From: Nitrospinaceae bacterium
Lineage (GTDB): Bacteria > Nitrospinota > Nitrospinia > Nitrospinales > Nitrospinaceae
Reading direction: 5' to 3'
Assembly: GCA_965223665.1 (NCBI GenBank)
Contig: OZ245011.1
Coordinates: forward strand, 4,160,001-4,224,000
Length of the DNA: 64,000 nucleotides
Under the pieces are notes generated by a model, which did no database searches, was not told the origin of the DNA, and was given only the letters and a program-made list of their open reading frames with translations. How positions within the stretch are numbered: position 1 is the stretch's first letter; every line of letters starts with the position of its first letter. The translations under genes and the position numbers were made by a program. This document shows, one piece after another, positions 1-10,318 of the stretch.

Positions 1-1
1 T

Positions 2-430
2 TTAGAGAAAAAGTTTTCCAAGATAAGAGTGATAGTTTTGAGTGTTTCTTCAGAAGAAGATTATGCTATTCAATTTTATAAGGCAGGCGCTTGGGCTTAT
101 TTAACCAAAGATAGCGCAGCCGATCAATTAGTTAAGGCTATAAAAAAAGTTGCTCAGGGGGAGAGATTTATAAGTGCAAATGTTGCAGACAAACTAATTC
201 TTTCTTTGAATGAACAATATAAACCTCCACCTCATGGGAAGCTTTCTCCACGTGAATTCCAAATTTTTTGTATGATTGCCGAAGGAAAAACTTTAACAGA
301 GATTGCCAAGGAATTGAATTTAGGTGTGGCCACTATAGGAACATATAGGAACAGAGTGTTGAATAAAATGGAGTTAGAAAATAATGCGCAACTGACTAAT
401 TATGCCTATAAGAATAAAATTCTCTCTTAA
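2..430 (+). CDS. NarL/UvrY-type response regulator (REC + LuxR HTH), 5'-truncated by window edge
   Basis: Frame open from base 2. Receiver C-half (AGAWAYLTKD) and LuxR HTH (LSPREFQIF...GKTLTEIAKELNLGVATIGTYR). Confidence 0.9.
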   Translation, partial: LEKKFSKIRVIVLSVSSEEDYAIQFYKAGAWAYLTKDSAADQLVKAIKKVAQGERFISANVADKLILSLNEQYKPPPHGKLSPREFQIFCMIAEGKTLTEIAKELNLGVATIGTYRNRVLNKMELENNAQLTNYAYKNKILS

Positions 431-548
431 AGGAATTTTTTGAGTTTTTAAAAAATAGGGTGATTGGTTTTTTAGGATTTTTGACTCCTTTTGAGTTAAA
501 ATGCTTGGAAATTCAAAATTTGTAAACTATTTCATATCGGGAGGGAAT

Positions 549-830
549 ATGAAACTTGAACAAAAAACTCAAAATTTAAAACTTATACTCTGTACAGGAA
601 TATTTCTGATTTTTTCCGGATGGATGCTGGGATGTACACAGTTGAAGGAACGTTTTGGTACCACCGAAGAGACTCCCGAATTAGCAATGGATAGAGAAAA
701 ATGCCAAAAGGAAGCAGATCGTATAGCAGCAAACTCAACGGCAAATGCAATCAAAAGAATGGATATTAGACGCGAAGCTTATAATGATTGTATGAATAAA
801 AAAGGGCATAATAAATCTGTTACAAAATAA
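549..830 (+). CDS. Small hypothetical lipoprotein
   Basis: ATG at 549 after GGAGGG; hydrophobic signal ending in lipobox MLGC; two further Cys. Confidence 0.65.
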   Translation: MKLEQKTQNLKLILCTGIFLIFSGWMLGCTQLKERFGTTEETPELAMDREKCQKEADRIAANSTANAIKRMDIRREAYNDCMNKKGHNKSVTK

Positions 831-885
831 TAATCGTTCTCACAAATAGAAGAATTGATTCTGAGAGGGGATCGTGAGGTGATGT

Positions 886-1302
886 ATGGCTTCAGAATAT
901 AATCGTAGATTTTCCTTAGATAAAGTAGAAATTGATCCTAAACTGAAAAATCGTATTTTTTCTGCTGATGGAGATGAACATGTTGGTGATTGGGACGGTG
1001 AGACTATTGAAGATTTGATTAAAGAATTAGATCGAGTCGAAGAGAATGTTGATGCAAATTATGCCAGCCTTCCACATCATAATAATGTGCCTGAGGATCT
1101 GCGAGATCAGGTGGAAAAAGATTTTCCTATTTGGGCATGTGATCGACAGGGAATGTGTTTAGTAGGTGACCAGGCGAATGAAGTGATTTCTATAGAAAAA
1201 ATTCGCTCTCATTACGATAATAAGCATGGAGGGGTGGAGGCTTTTAAAGAAAAACTACGATTAGAACGTCAAAAAATGATAGAGGATTTAAATCGTAAAT
1301 AA
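886..1302 (+). CDS. Hypothetical acidic cytoplasmic protein
   Basis: 138-aa ORF with GAGGTG SD; no family recognised. Confidence 0.7.
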   Translation: MASEYNRRFSLDKVEIDPKLKNRIFSADGDEHVGDWDGETIEDLIKELDRVEENVDANYASLPHHNNVPEDLRDQVEKDFPIWACDRQGMCLVGDQANEVISIEKIRSHYDNKHGGVEAFKEKLRLERQKMIEDLNRK

Positions 1303-1333
1303 TTATTAAAACTTTCTATTTAATTGGTGTTTT

Positions 1334-4300
1334 TTAATAAGGTAGCGTGTAAGTTATACTTATCTTAGGTCCCCTTCCAAAATTCTCACGAGAACGGATC
1401 CCTATCCCATTGCTGGATCCAGTTGATCGTATAATTAATCCATCGTTTGGAATGCTTCCATCAATCCAACCTTTTACCAAATCAATTCCTAGCTGATTCA
1501 AAGTGATAGTTCTTAATTCACTGGATGTTGAAGGGACTACTCCTATAACATCAGTTCCTATATTAGATGCATCTGTAAAAGCATTCCAATTCACAGTCGT
1601 TTCTGCCCAAGAAGATTTAGCTTGAAATATTTCGTGACTGGATGAGCTTCCATTGAAAAGGTCTAATACAATACTCACCGATTGAATGTCTGCGCTACTA
1701 GGAATCGAAGAAATATCCCATTTAATAATACTCATTAATTCTCCATTTAGACCATTGATTGGGTCTTTTGCCCGACCATCCGCCCAGAGATCGGTCCCTA
1801 ATCCTTCATTCTGTGAGGGAGAAGTTTCTCTTAATTGTGCGTCCCTTGTCCCGGTGTATGAAGTGTCAGGATCCACATTATCTTGAAAATCCATAGTGAA
1901 TGGACCACTGGGAACTGCTTCTACTATGATGGTTTGGGAATCGGTTCCCGTATTGCCGGCAGCATCTTGGGCAGTCCAAGTGACTATGGTAGTGCCTATA
2001 GGAAATTCTGCCGGAGCATCATGGATTATTGAAGTTACTCCTACGCTATCGGTAGCCGTGGCAGTCCCAATATCTACTGGAGTGGTTTCACCTGTGGCCT
2101 GAGTGTTGATATCCGCTGGAGCAGTGACAACAGGAGCTGTTGTGTCAACTATAGTTATGGTTTGAGAATCGGTTCCCGTATTGCCGGCAGCATCTTGCGC
2201 GGTCCATGTGACTATGGTAGTCCCTATAGGAAACTCTGCGGGAGCATCATGGGTTAATGAAGTTACTCCAACGTTATCGGTAGCCGTGGCGGTGCCTATG
2301 TTTACAGAGGTTGTAATACCTGTTGCTTCTGTATTTATGTTTGCAGGTGCATTAACAATAGGTGATTCTGTGTCTCCACCGCTTCCAGGAAGACTGTAGA
2401 TAATTGTGAGCTTTGGTTTTCCATTAGCTGCTTCCCGCGAATTGAAAAATATGCCATCATTATTGGAATTTTTCTCCTTTATAATAATTCCATTGTTGGA
2501 GTTGCTTCCATTAACCCAGTTTTGAACTAGGTTGATACCTGAGCTATTTAGGTCAATAATATTTTCTCCCAAAATTCCTGCAAGTATTGTTCCCAATACG
2601 GTGGAACCTATATTAGATCCGAAACTATTCCATGTTGTGGTAGTTTCTGTCCAAGATCCTGTAGCTTCCAGTAAGTTGAATTCACCAGAACTTAAGTTGT
2701 ATAAATTAAAGGTAATACTGACGGATTGGATAATTGCATTCGAAGGTATACTGGATATATCCCAGGAAACTATGGAAATTACCTCTCCATATTTTCCATT
2801 ATCTGGATCAGGCTGCACTAAGTCTGCAGTTAAAAAGTTTCCTGTCCCATAGTTATTTTCAGGAGACGATTGTCGAAGAATAGAATCTCTTGTCCCATTA
2901 TATTCGGAAGTAGGGGATGACCCATCTTGAAAAATTTTGGTTATGGGTGCCCCTGTTGACTCTTCTACAGTAATAATTTGGGTGTCTGAATTGGAATTAC
3001 CTGCGGCATCCTGTGCTGTCCAGGTAACGGTCGTGGTTCCAATGGGAAACTCTGCAGGGGCATCATGGGTTAATGAGGTAACCCCTACCTCATCGGTTGC
3101 TGTGGCAGTACCAATATCCACTGGAGTGGTTTCCTCAGACGTGACAGTTGTGAGGTCTTCTGGGGCTATAACAACCGGATAAGTTGTATCTACGATAGTG
3201 ATGGTTTGAGTATCTGTGCCAATATTTCCAGCGGCATCCTGTGCTGTCCAGGTAACTGTTGTGGTGCCAACGGGAAACTCTGCCGGAGCATCATGGGTTA
3301 AAGAAGTCACTCCTTCATTATCAGTGGCAGTGGCAGTACCGATATTCACAGGAGTTGTTATTCCTGTAGCTTCGGATGTGATATTTGAAGGTGCAGTAAC
3401 CACAGGCGATTCGGTATCGTCACCTGTTGAGGGAACGCTATATGTGATAACAAGTTTTGGTTGGCCCGAAGGTGCCTCGCTGGAATCTAAATCAATACCG
3501 TCAGAAGTTCCTCCGCTTTTAATAATAATTCCATTGTTTGCTATAGATCCATCGACCCAACCCTGTACTAATCCAATTCCATTTCCATTTAATATTATTT
3601 CATTAAGATTAAATACATTGGGAGGAATTGTTCCTAATATTGTCGAGCCAATGGCACCACTTCCCTCAAAGGTATTCCAATTTACTGTGTTTTCGGCCCA
3701 AACCGCATTCGCTTCATATAAATTATAATTACCTGAACTGATGTTAAATAAATCTAAAATTATCGAGGCAGATTCAACAACCGCATTGGTTGGTATCGAC
3801 GAGGTATCCCAAGAGATTACAGAAGTTACTTCTCCAAAGTTTCCGTTATTCGGATCTGCATCTGAACCATCTCCTAATAGAAAAGTGGCATTTCCAAAGT
3901 TGGAGTTAGGGGAACTTTCCCGTAAATAAGCATCCTGAGTTCCACTGTAACCATTTATGCCATTTTGAAAGCTTACTGTTGTGTTGTTGGGAGGTGATGG
4001 AGGGCTTCCCCCTCCGCTTCCTGGAGTATTTTCATCAATACTAAATTGAATCCCAGGATTGGGAATTGCTATACCAGCAGCATAGTCTTTTACATTTACC
4101 ACTGTTAATGTTTGTGATTCAGAAATTGAAGAAGAAGTGGTTAATCTTACTACTCGTGGATCGCTTTGCCTTTCTGCACTGCTAATTGAAACTCCATTAT
4201 CTAGGCTATAATTACTATTGGTTTCTGCACTTGCTTCTTCTACCGGTTCTGAGAACTGAATATCCAAAGTTGTACTATTTATTCGACGAATGGAAAATAG

Positions 4301-5650
4301 TGTTGGAGCAACGGTATCGCTCCCGTGGGAAATTGCAAATTTGTCTCGAATCAACCCATCGTCATCTAAAAATAGGCCTTCCAAACGGTTTGCATAGATA
4401 TCTAAAACCATTGATCCCACAATGCGGTCTCCCATATCCAACTCTTTGTACATAAGTGGATGCTTAGTCGAACTGTTTGTGGAAATATGGCGACTGGACA
4501 TACCCATCACTGCGTAAACGGTTCCATCTTCTCCAGATTTGTTATATGCGCCATCCGCACCTGCTTCCGGAAGAGACATCCCATTCCCAGAAGTTAGTCG
4601 ACTTCCACTTTTAACTAAATAAGAACGTTCATACCAATGGTTATTTCCAGCTAAAACCAAATCAACACCATGGGATTCTAATATGGGTAATACATGGGTT
4701 CTTAATTCGATAGGGATTGAACTGTCATTATTGGCTGCATTTGAAAAAGCGGGGTTATGAAAAATAGTAATGATCCATTCCTGGTTAGTACTACTTAAAT
4801 CATTTTCCAACCATGTTAACATTTCTGAACCTGGCAATCTGGAACGAGTCAACGAATTTAAAACTACGAAATGAATATTGCCAAAATCAAATGAATAGAA
4901 ATCTTCAAATTCAGAGGCTATTCCGCCTAATTCTCCATTTTCTGGGAATTCAAAAATATCAAAAAAGGGACCCGTTTGATTATTGGTATTTGAATAAGGT
5001 TCTCCATCAGAAAAGGTTGTCCAAATGGCACCATTTCTCAATATCTCCGGATACATATCGAACAAGGCACCTTCATAAGCTCCATCAGATCCTTCGGAAT
5101 ATCCTCCATTTGTGTAGGCGTTATCCCCTAAAGCCAGAACTAAATCAGCGCGACGCTTTCCGGTGTAATTTTTAAATCGATCCCGAACATTGGCTGCATT
5201 AATATCTCCCGTTCCCGAATCACCAATGACCCAAACCCGAGTGGGATGAGGGGCACCTCCACTGGGAGGAGTCATAAAACTACCTCGGGCAGAACTTTCA
5301 TTTAATGGAGAACCTGTTGTTCCAATTTCATAATAGTAGCGAGTTCCTGGACTTAAATTTGTCAATTCGACTCGATGTTCCAATAAGCTTTCACAACTTC
5401 CACAAAGTGATTCTATCTTTGGGGCATTATCTGTTTTTGTGAAACTGTAACTACTAATCGATGTTCCATAATGAACCGTATTGTTGGCGGATTCTGAGTC
5501 GTTCACCCTCCACTTTATTATTACATTGGTAGCGCTTAATTTTTGTAAATAGGGACCCCGATCTACAGTTCCAGCAAATGCTGAAGATTGAAATATAATT
5601 GAAAGCAAAGAAATAAAAAGAAAACTTTTGGTGGGAAAATAATTTTTCAT
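1334..5650 (-). CDS. Secreted purple acid phosphatase-like metallophosphoesterase with Fn3, Ig-like, 3 DNRLRE and 4 HYR-like domains
   Basis: Signal peptide; RGPYLQ and HRVELTNLSPGTRYYY (PAP N-domain); GDSG and GDNAY motifs; three D-x-x-LR modules (DAYLRE, DSILRQ, DAQLRE) ending PKLxIxY; four APAEFPxGTTxVTWTAQDAAGN repeats. Confidence 0.85.
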   Translation of the reverse strand: MKNYFPTKSFLFISLLSIIFQSSAFAGTVDRGPYLQKLSATNVIIKWRVNDSESANNTVHYGTSISSYSFTKTDNAPKIESLCGSCESLLEHRVELTNLSPGTRYYYEIGTTGSPLNESSARGSFMTPPSGGAPHPTRVWVIGDSGTGDINAANVRDRFKNYTGKRRADLVLALGDNAYTNGGYSEGSDGAYEGALFDMYPEILRNGAIWTTFSDGEPYSNTNNQTGPFFDIFEFPENGELGGIASEFEDFYSFDFGNIHFVVLNSLTRSRLPGSEMLTWLENDLSSTNQEWIITIFHNPAFSNAANNDSSIPIELRTHVLPILESHGVDLVLAGNNHWYERSYLVKSGSRLTSGNGMSLPEAGADGAYNKSGEDGTVYAVMGMSSRHISTNSSTKHPLMYKELDMGDRIVGSMVLDIYANRLEGLFLDDDGLIRDKFAISHGSDTVAPTLFSIRRINSTTLDIQFSEPVEEASAETNSNYSLDNGVSISSAERQSDPRVVRLTTSSSISESQTLTVVNVKDYAAGIAIPNPGIQFSIDENTPGSGGGSPPSPPNNTTVSFQNGINGYSGTQDAYLRESSPNSNFGNATFLLGDGSDADPNNGNFGEVTSVISWDTSSIPTNAVVESASIILDLFNISSGNYNLYEANAVWAENTVNWNTFEGSGAIGSTILGTIPPNVFNLNEIILNGNGIGLVQGWVDGSIANNGIIIKSGGTSDGIDLDSSEAPSGQPKLVITYSVPSTGDDTESPVVTAPSNITSEATGITTPVNIGTATATDNEGVTSLTHDAPAEFPVGTTTVTWTAQDAAGNIGTDTQTITIVDTTYPVVIAPEDLTTVTSEETTPVDIGTATATDEVGVTSLTHDAPAEFPIGTTTVTWTAQDAAGNSNSDTQIITVEESTGAPITKIFQDGSSPTSEYNGTRDSILRQSSPENNYGTGNFLTADLVQPDPDNGKYGEVISIVSWDISSIPSNAIIQSVSITFNLYNLSSGEFNLLEATGSWTETTTTWNSFGSNIGSTVLGTILAGILGENIIDLNSSGINLVQNWVNGSNSNNGIIIKEKNSNNDGIFFNSREAANGKPKLTIIYSLPGSGGDTESPIVNAPANINTEATGITTSVNIGTATATDNVGVTSLTHDAPAEFPIGTTIVTWTAQDAAGNTGTDSQTITIVDTTAPVVTAPADINTQATGETTPVDIGTATATDSVGVTSIIHDAPAEFPIGTTIVTWTAQDAAGNTGTDSQTIIVEAVPSGPFTMDFQDNVDPDTSYTGTRDAQLRETSPSQNEGLGTDLWADGRAKDPINGLNGELMSIIKWDISSIPSSADIQSVSIVLDLFNGSSSSHEIFQAKSSWAETTVNWNAFTDASNIGTDVIGVVPSTSSELRTITLNQLGIDLVKGWIDGSIPNDGLIIRSTGSSNGIGIRSRENFGRGPKISITYTLPY
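1925..3420 (-). repeat. Four HYR-like coding repeats in two tandem pairs (about 1925-2375 and 2975-3420)
   Basis: Near-identical DNA such as gga(a)ac/ttctgc.gg.gcatcatgg recurs four times; boundaries approximate. Confidence 0.85.
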
Positions 5651-5759
5651 AAGCTCCTGATAAAAAAATAGCTATGCAGAAATTAATATAGTTCTGAAAT
5701 TTGAAATTATGTTTTGTAGTTAGGAAGCAAGAAATGGTAAAGCCTGCCAATACTTTACC

Positions 5760-5776
5760 TTCAAAGTTGATGCCAA
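5760..5776 (-). promoter_or_regulatory. Possible sigma54 (-24/-12) promoter for the phosphatase-like gene
   Basis: Minus strand TTGGCATCAACTTTGAA = TGGCAY-N5-TTG(A)A, ~110 nt upstream of the ATG; -12 has GA rather than GC. Confidence 0.3.
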
Positions 5777-6184
5777 ATTGAATGACTTTTTCATTGCAAA
5801 TTTAAAGGAAGGGGAAAATTAATTAAACCAATTGAGAAAGGTAATCAAGTGTTATTAATAAAGGGGAATCGTGGGTTGAGGAAAAATAAGTTTTTTTTGA
5901 AAAAAAGTTTTTTAAAAATAAGTAGAGATAAATATCGGAAAATCTATGATTTATTGTGAGTTAGATTGAGCGTTTTGTTAAATTATTTATACTCTTATTA
6001 AAAAATTAGCCACCCAAAATTTTTCTATGAATAATTAACTTAAATGAAAATTTTTTCTGATATCGAAAAATTTATAAATAATTTTTCGAGTATCCGAAGT
6101 ATGTGATTAGGGTTGGAAATAGTGGCGAGCAAAAATTTTTATAAATATAAATCGAATTTGGGTGCAGGAAAATAAAAGTAGAGA

Positions 6185-7348
6185 TTATTGGGCAAGGGAG
6201 GTTTTAATTATTTCGATTATCTTTTTTTGATCTTCATTGGACATATTAGTTCCCGATGGAAGACAAATTCCTCGATCGTAAATTTCCTCAGAAAAACTTT
6301 CATTTGGTCTATTAGCAAAATAGGAAACATTATTAAATACTGGTTGGAGATGAAGGGGTTTCCAAACTGGTCGGGCTTCAATATTTTGATTTATTAATGA
6401 TTGAATAACTTCTTGAGATGATGAGTTGCAAATTTTTGAGTTTATTGTCATGACGGTTAACCAACGAGTAGACTTTCCAAAAGAAGCCTCGGGCATGAAG
6501 CCAACTCCAGGAGTATTTTTGAAAGCTTCATAATAAATTTGAAATATTTCCCTTCTTTTTTGAACTCTTTGATCGAGTAGCTTAAGTTGTCCGCAGCCAA
6601 TGGCAGCAAGTACGTTGCTCATTCGGTAGTTGTAACCCAGTTCGCTGTGTTCATAATGAAGAACAGGATCTCTGGCTTGGGTAGACCAATAGCGAGCTTT
6701 TTCTAAAGCTTTGGTATCGTTAGAAATTAACATTCCGCCGCCTGAAGTTGTGATTATTTTATTGCCATTAAATGAAAAAATACCAAATTCCCCTAATGAA
6801 CCGCTAGATTTCCCTTTGTATGTGGCTCCCAAAGATTCAGCGGCATCCTCAATGATAGGAGTTTGGAATTTATCACAGATCTCTTTCAATTTATCAAAGT
6901 CTGCACTTTGACCATATAAATTTACAACAATAACGGCTTTCGGCATGCGATTTATTTTTTTTGCTTTTTCAAAAGCCCTTTCCAAAGCATTGGTAGATAA
7001 ATTCCATGTTTCAGGGTCTGAATCGATAAAAACCGGTTCTGCTCCCTGAAAAAGTATTGGTGTGGCACTACCAATGAAAGTAAAAGAAGAACAAAAAACT
7101 ACGTCACCTTGGCCTACATCCAATAAGCGCAATGCCAAATGAATAGCAGCTGTACCTGAGGAAACAGCCAATGCTCCTTTGATTCCTATATAATTTGCTA
7201 ATTCGTTTTCGAATTCTTCTTGGTGAGGACCGCAGGGGGCAATCCAATTAGACTCAAAGGCATCCTTCACAAATTCAATTTCTTGATCTCCCAAGTGCGG
7301 AGGAGAAAGGTATATTTTTTTAGAATAATCAGACATTGGATCCTGCAT
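6185..7348 (-). CDS. DegT/DnrJ/EryC1/StrS sugar aminotransferase (PglE/EpsN-like)
   Basis: IYLSPPH, SSGTAAIHLAL, IEDAAESLGA, FSFNGNKIITTSGGG (PLP Lys), GYNYRMSN. Start chosen just after upstream stop. Confidence 0.92.
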   Translation of the reverse strand: MQDPMSDYSKKIYLSPPHLGDQEIEFVKDAFESNWIAPCGPHQEEFENELANYIGIKGALAVSSGTAAIHLALRLLDVGQGDVVFCSSFTFIGSATPILFQGAEPVFIDSDPETWNLSTNALERAFEKAKKINRMPKAVIVVNLYGQSADFDKLKEICDKFQTPIIEDAAESLGATYKGKSSGSLGEFGIFSFNGNKIITTSGGGMLISNDTKALEKARYWSTQARDPVLHYEHSELGYNYRMSNVLAAIGCGQLKLLDQRVQKRREIFQIYYEAFKNTPGVGFMPEASFGKSTRWLTVMTINSKICNSSSQEVIQSLINQNIEARPVWKPLHLQPVFNNVSYFANRPNESFSEEIYDRGICLPSGTNMSNEDQKKIIEIIKTSLAQ

Positions 7349-7349
7349 A

Positions 7350-8135
7350 TTATTCCATAATACTTTCTTCGGTAATTTTTGCCTGGATTCTAAAACGTTT
7401 GCCATTTACTTCATAATAAGCAGATTCGTTTAATTTGTTAGTAGTTAGTGCACGAATACGGCAAATTAATTCATGAGCTTTGACAGTTTGGTTTAAATCA
7501 ATTCGTTGAAGATTTTCTTTAAATAAGTCTTGACTGTTATGGCTAGTACCTTTTTGGTTTTTTTGAGAAACTCTTTTGTAATTTTTCCTGGATAACTGCA
7601 GCCACGCAGCTTTAAATACTTTTAATTCCAATTCATTTATTCTTTTATATAAGCTGTGGGCTGTATCTCCTGACGAAATTTTTATTTGTTCCTGACAAAC
7701 AATATCTCCAGTATCTATATCCTCATCCATAAAATGTAATGTAGCACCAATTGGTGTATTATCTAAAATTGCCCAACTAGGGGTATGCCATCCACGATTA
7801 AAAGGTAGATATGCTGGATGTAAATTTAGAACACCATGCTTAGGTAAGCTTAAAACATCTTTGGGGACAATATATGGAAAATGGATTCCAAATATGTAAT
7901 CTAAATTTAAATTCTTAAGGGTTTCAATTCCCTTTTGTTCACGAAAAACTTTTCCTTTGAGGATTTTGTCCTTTTCTAAGAAGGGGACCATTGACTCTAA
8001 TGATTGGGCGTGGGAAGCCTTACTTTGAGATGGTACTAGTAATGCTAGTGGAGGAGAATTTTCCTTCAATAAAAACTTTAGGACTTTTACTGAAATTTCT
8101 CTATCGCCAGCAAATGCATAACGTATTTCTCCCAT
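7350..8135 (-). CDS. Sugar-nucleotide N-formyltransferase
   Basis: NLHPAYLPFNRG and GATLHFMDEDIDTGDI formyltransferase motifs; glycan-locus context. Confidence 0.85.
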   Translation of the reverse strand: MGEIRYAFAGDREISVKVLKFLLKENSPPLALLVPSQSKASHAQSLESMVPFLEKDKILKGKVFREQKGIETLKNLNLDYIFGIHFPYIVPKDVLSLPKHGVLNLHPAYLPFNRGWHTPSWAILDNTPIGATLHFMDEDIDTGDIVCQEQIKISSGDTAHSLYKRINELELKVFKAAWLQLSRKNYKRVSQKNQKGTSHNSQDLFKENLQRIDLNQTVKAHELICRIRALTTNKLNESAYYEVNGKRFRIQAKITEESIME

Positions 8136-8144
8136 TTTCTATCC

Positions 8145-9275
8145 TCAGTAGCTGTTAGTTTTGTTTAAAAGGTTTGAATTTAGTGAAAGCGTTTTTAGTA
8201 AGCTGATAATCTTCTCACCGGATTTCCCATCCCCATAAATATTTTTGAAGTTATTTCCTTTTAATTTTAGAGCAGAGTAGATTCCGTTTTTAATGTCGTC
8301 CGTATTTGTAAGAGTGTCGATTACGTTGTCATTGCGTTCTCGATCTTTCTGGCGAGATCCAATATTGACTGTTGGCAAATTAAAGGAAGCCGACTCGATT
8401 ATTCCACTACTTGAGTTTCCAATCATAACATCCACTGCAGCTAACCAAGATATAAATTTTTTGCGCGGTAAATGTACAACTCTTCGAAAGTATGGATTTT
8501 GGGAAAATTTGTCTACAGCTTCTCTTATTGAGTTTGCTCCGGCGTCTGAATTGGGCATTAGAATTAAAGATTGAAGAGAAGACCTAGAAAGAGCATCTAA
8601 GAGTTGTTGCATTTGGGATCCAGCATTTTTTTCTTCCTGTAACACAGGGTGAAAAATAACTAAAGCTATCGTTTTTGATGAATCAAAATTATATTCATCG
8701 CAAAGCTCCTGTTTGGAAAATTGGACCATTTGGTTTATTCCGTCTAATCCAGGAGCGCCTGTTACAAAGATATGTTTTTCTAATTCACCCATTCGAATTA
8801 ATCGTTCTTTTGATTTCTCTGTTGTAACAAAATGGTAGTGAGAAAGTTTGGAAATGGCATGACGAATAGGTTCATCCACCGTTCCAGAACGCTCTCCCCC
8901 ATGGATATGGGCCAGGGGTATATTTAAATGAATCGCTGCCAAAGCCCCAGCAAGTTGCTCTCCACGATCTCCTAAAACCATAACAAGGTCAGGGTTTTCT
9001 ATTTGAAATGCATCTACCATATTGATAATTTCTGTGCCAATAGATCTGGCCATGGAAGCTCCGGAAGTATCTTTCAAGTCAACGGAAATTTTACTGCAAA
9101 TCCTTAGGCCACTTTTTTCTATTTCTTTATAAGTATTACCATACTGTGGGGAAAGGTGCATTCCAGTTACACAAACTGAAATATCTAAATTAGGGTCTTG
9201 AGTGGCTTGAGATAAAGTCGATTCCATTAAACCAAAATCGGCGCGTGTTCCTGAAACATAAATGATTTTTCTCAT
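8145..9275 (-). CDS. neuC: Hydrolysing UDP-GlcNAc/bacillosamine 2-epimerase (NeuC/LegG family)
   Basis: GTRADFG, LGDRGE, HIHGGERSGTVDE, GNSSSGIIE, YGDG; ATGA overlap with neuB stop. Confidence 0.92.
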   Translation of the reverse strand: MRKIIYVSGTRADFGLMESTLSQATQDPNLDISVCVTGMHLSPQYGNTYKEIEKSGLRICSKISVDLKDTSGASMARSIGTEIINMVDAFQIENPDLVMVLGDRGEQLAGALAAIHLNIPLAHIHGGERSGTVDEPIRHAISKLSHYHFVTTEKSKERLIRMGELEKHIFVTGAPGLDGINQMVQFSKQELCDEYNFDSSKTIALVIFHPVLQEEKNAGSQMQQLLDALSRSSLQSLILMPNSDAGANSIREAVDKFSQNPYFRRVVHLPRKKFISWLAAVDVMIGNSSSGIIESASFNLPTVNIGSRQKDRERNDNVIDTLTNTDDIKNGIYSALKLKGNNFKNIYGDGKSGEKIISLLKTLSLNSNLLNKTNSY

Positions 9276-10318
9276 GTTTCCAAGTCTGTCCATTGAAGTG
9301 TATGCCACTGAGGAAGATTATGTCTGACTTTTAAGTTTACAACTTTATTTATTTCTTTAGGGGGGATTCCATTTCCGGGTCTCAGTAATACCAGCATTGC
9401 CGAATCTAATTTTTCTCCGGCTTTTAAATCTCGATTCAGTGTAATGCTTTTTCGCACTAAGGATCGGATGGGTAATTCAGATTCGCAAGGAGCTTTAATT
9501 CCATTCCCTAACGCATTAGAGATAGATCTGATGTTTTTAATCATTTCTATTAATTCAGTTGGTTCTAAAGAAGCTGAGTGGTCGGGGCCCGGAAGAGATC
9601 GATCTAAAGTAAAATGTTTTTCAACGATTTCGGCCCCCAACGTTACAGCAGCCGTTGCTATAAATATTCCTTCAGTATGATCAGAATAACCAACAGGTAA
9701 GTTGAATTTGTTTTTTAGGGTAAGCATAGCTTTTAAATTTACGTCTTTGGGAAGAGCAGGATAATTTGAAGTGCAGTGAAGTAGTGTTAGTTTTTCTGAA
9801 AGTGGTTCTTGGTATAGACAACTTTCCCGAGTTTCTCTGAAACAATGAACCGCTTCTTGAACTTCCTCTAAAGTGGACATCCCAGTTGAAATAATCAGTG
9901 GAATATTGGATTTGGCTAAATGGCTAATTAAAGGAAAATTTGTTATTTCTCCGGAGGGCAGTTTTAAACGTTTTACCCCTAAATCTAAAAGAAAATCTGC
10001 CGATTGTTCATCAAAGGGTGTGGACATAAATTCTATGTTAAGTTCATCACATCTTTTTTTTAATTTTTTGTGCAGAGAGGTAGAAAGTTCCAAAGATTGA
10101 AGCATGGAAAACTGATCATTTCCTCCAATTTGTTTTTTTTGATAATCGGCAAGTTGTGTGCCTGGCTTAGCTAGGGCCTCTGCCCGGAAGGATTGAAATT
10201 TAATTGCATCTGCACCTGCATGGACAGCAACTTCTACTAATTGTAAAGCAAGTTTCTCTGATCCATTATGATTTACCCCGGCTTCCGCAATGATAAAGCA
10301 ACTCGGTGCATTTACCAT
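9272..10318 (-). CDS. neuB: Nonulosonic acid synthase (NeuB/LegI family)
   Basis: IIAEAGVNHNGS, STPFD, LHCTSNYPA, GYSDHT, EKHFTLDR, C-terminal SAF domain. Confidence 0.95.
   Translation of the reverse strand: MVNAPSCFIIAEAGVNHNGSEKLALQLVEVAVHAGADAIKFQSFRAEALAKPGTQLADYQKKQIGGNDQFSMLQSLELSTSLHKKLKKRCDELNIEFMSTPFDEQSADFLLDLGVKRLKLPSGEITNFPLISHLAKSNIPLIISTGMSTLEEVQEAVHCFRETRESCLYQEPLSEKLTLLHCTSNYPALPKDVNLKAMLTLKNKFNLPVGYSDHTEGIFIATAAVTLGAEIVEKHFTLDRSLPGPDHSASLEPTELIEMIKNIRSISNALGNGIKAPCESELPIRSLVRKSITLNRDLKAGEKLDSAMLVLLRPGNGIPPKEINKVVNLKVRHNLPQWHTLQWTDLET

Noticed and set aside
1686-3929. Series of repeated plus-strand ORFs (PAASxAVQVT...)
   Set aside because: Antisense shadows of the HYR/DNRLRE repeats; the repeats are coding, not a CRISPR array.
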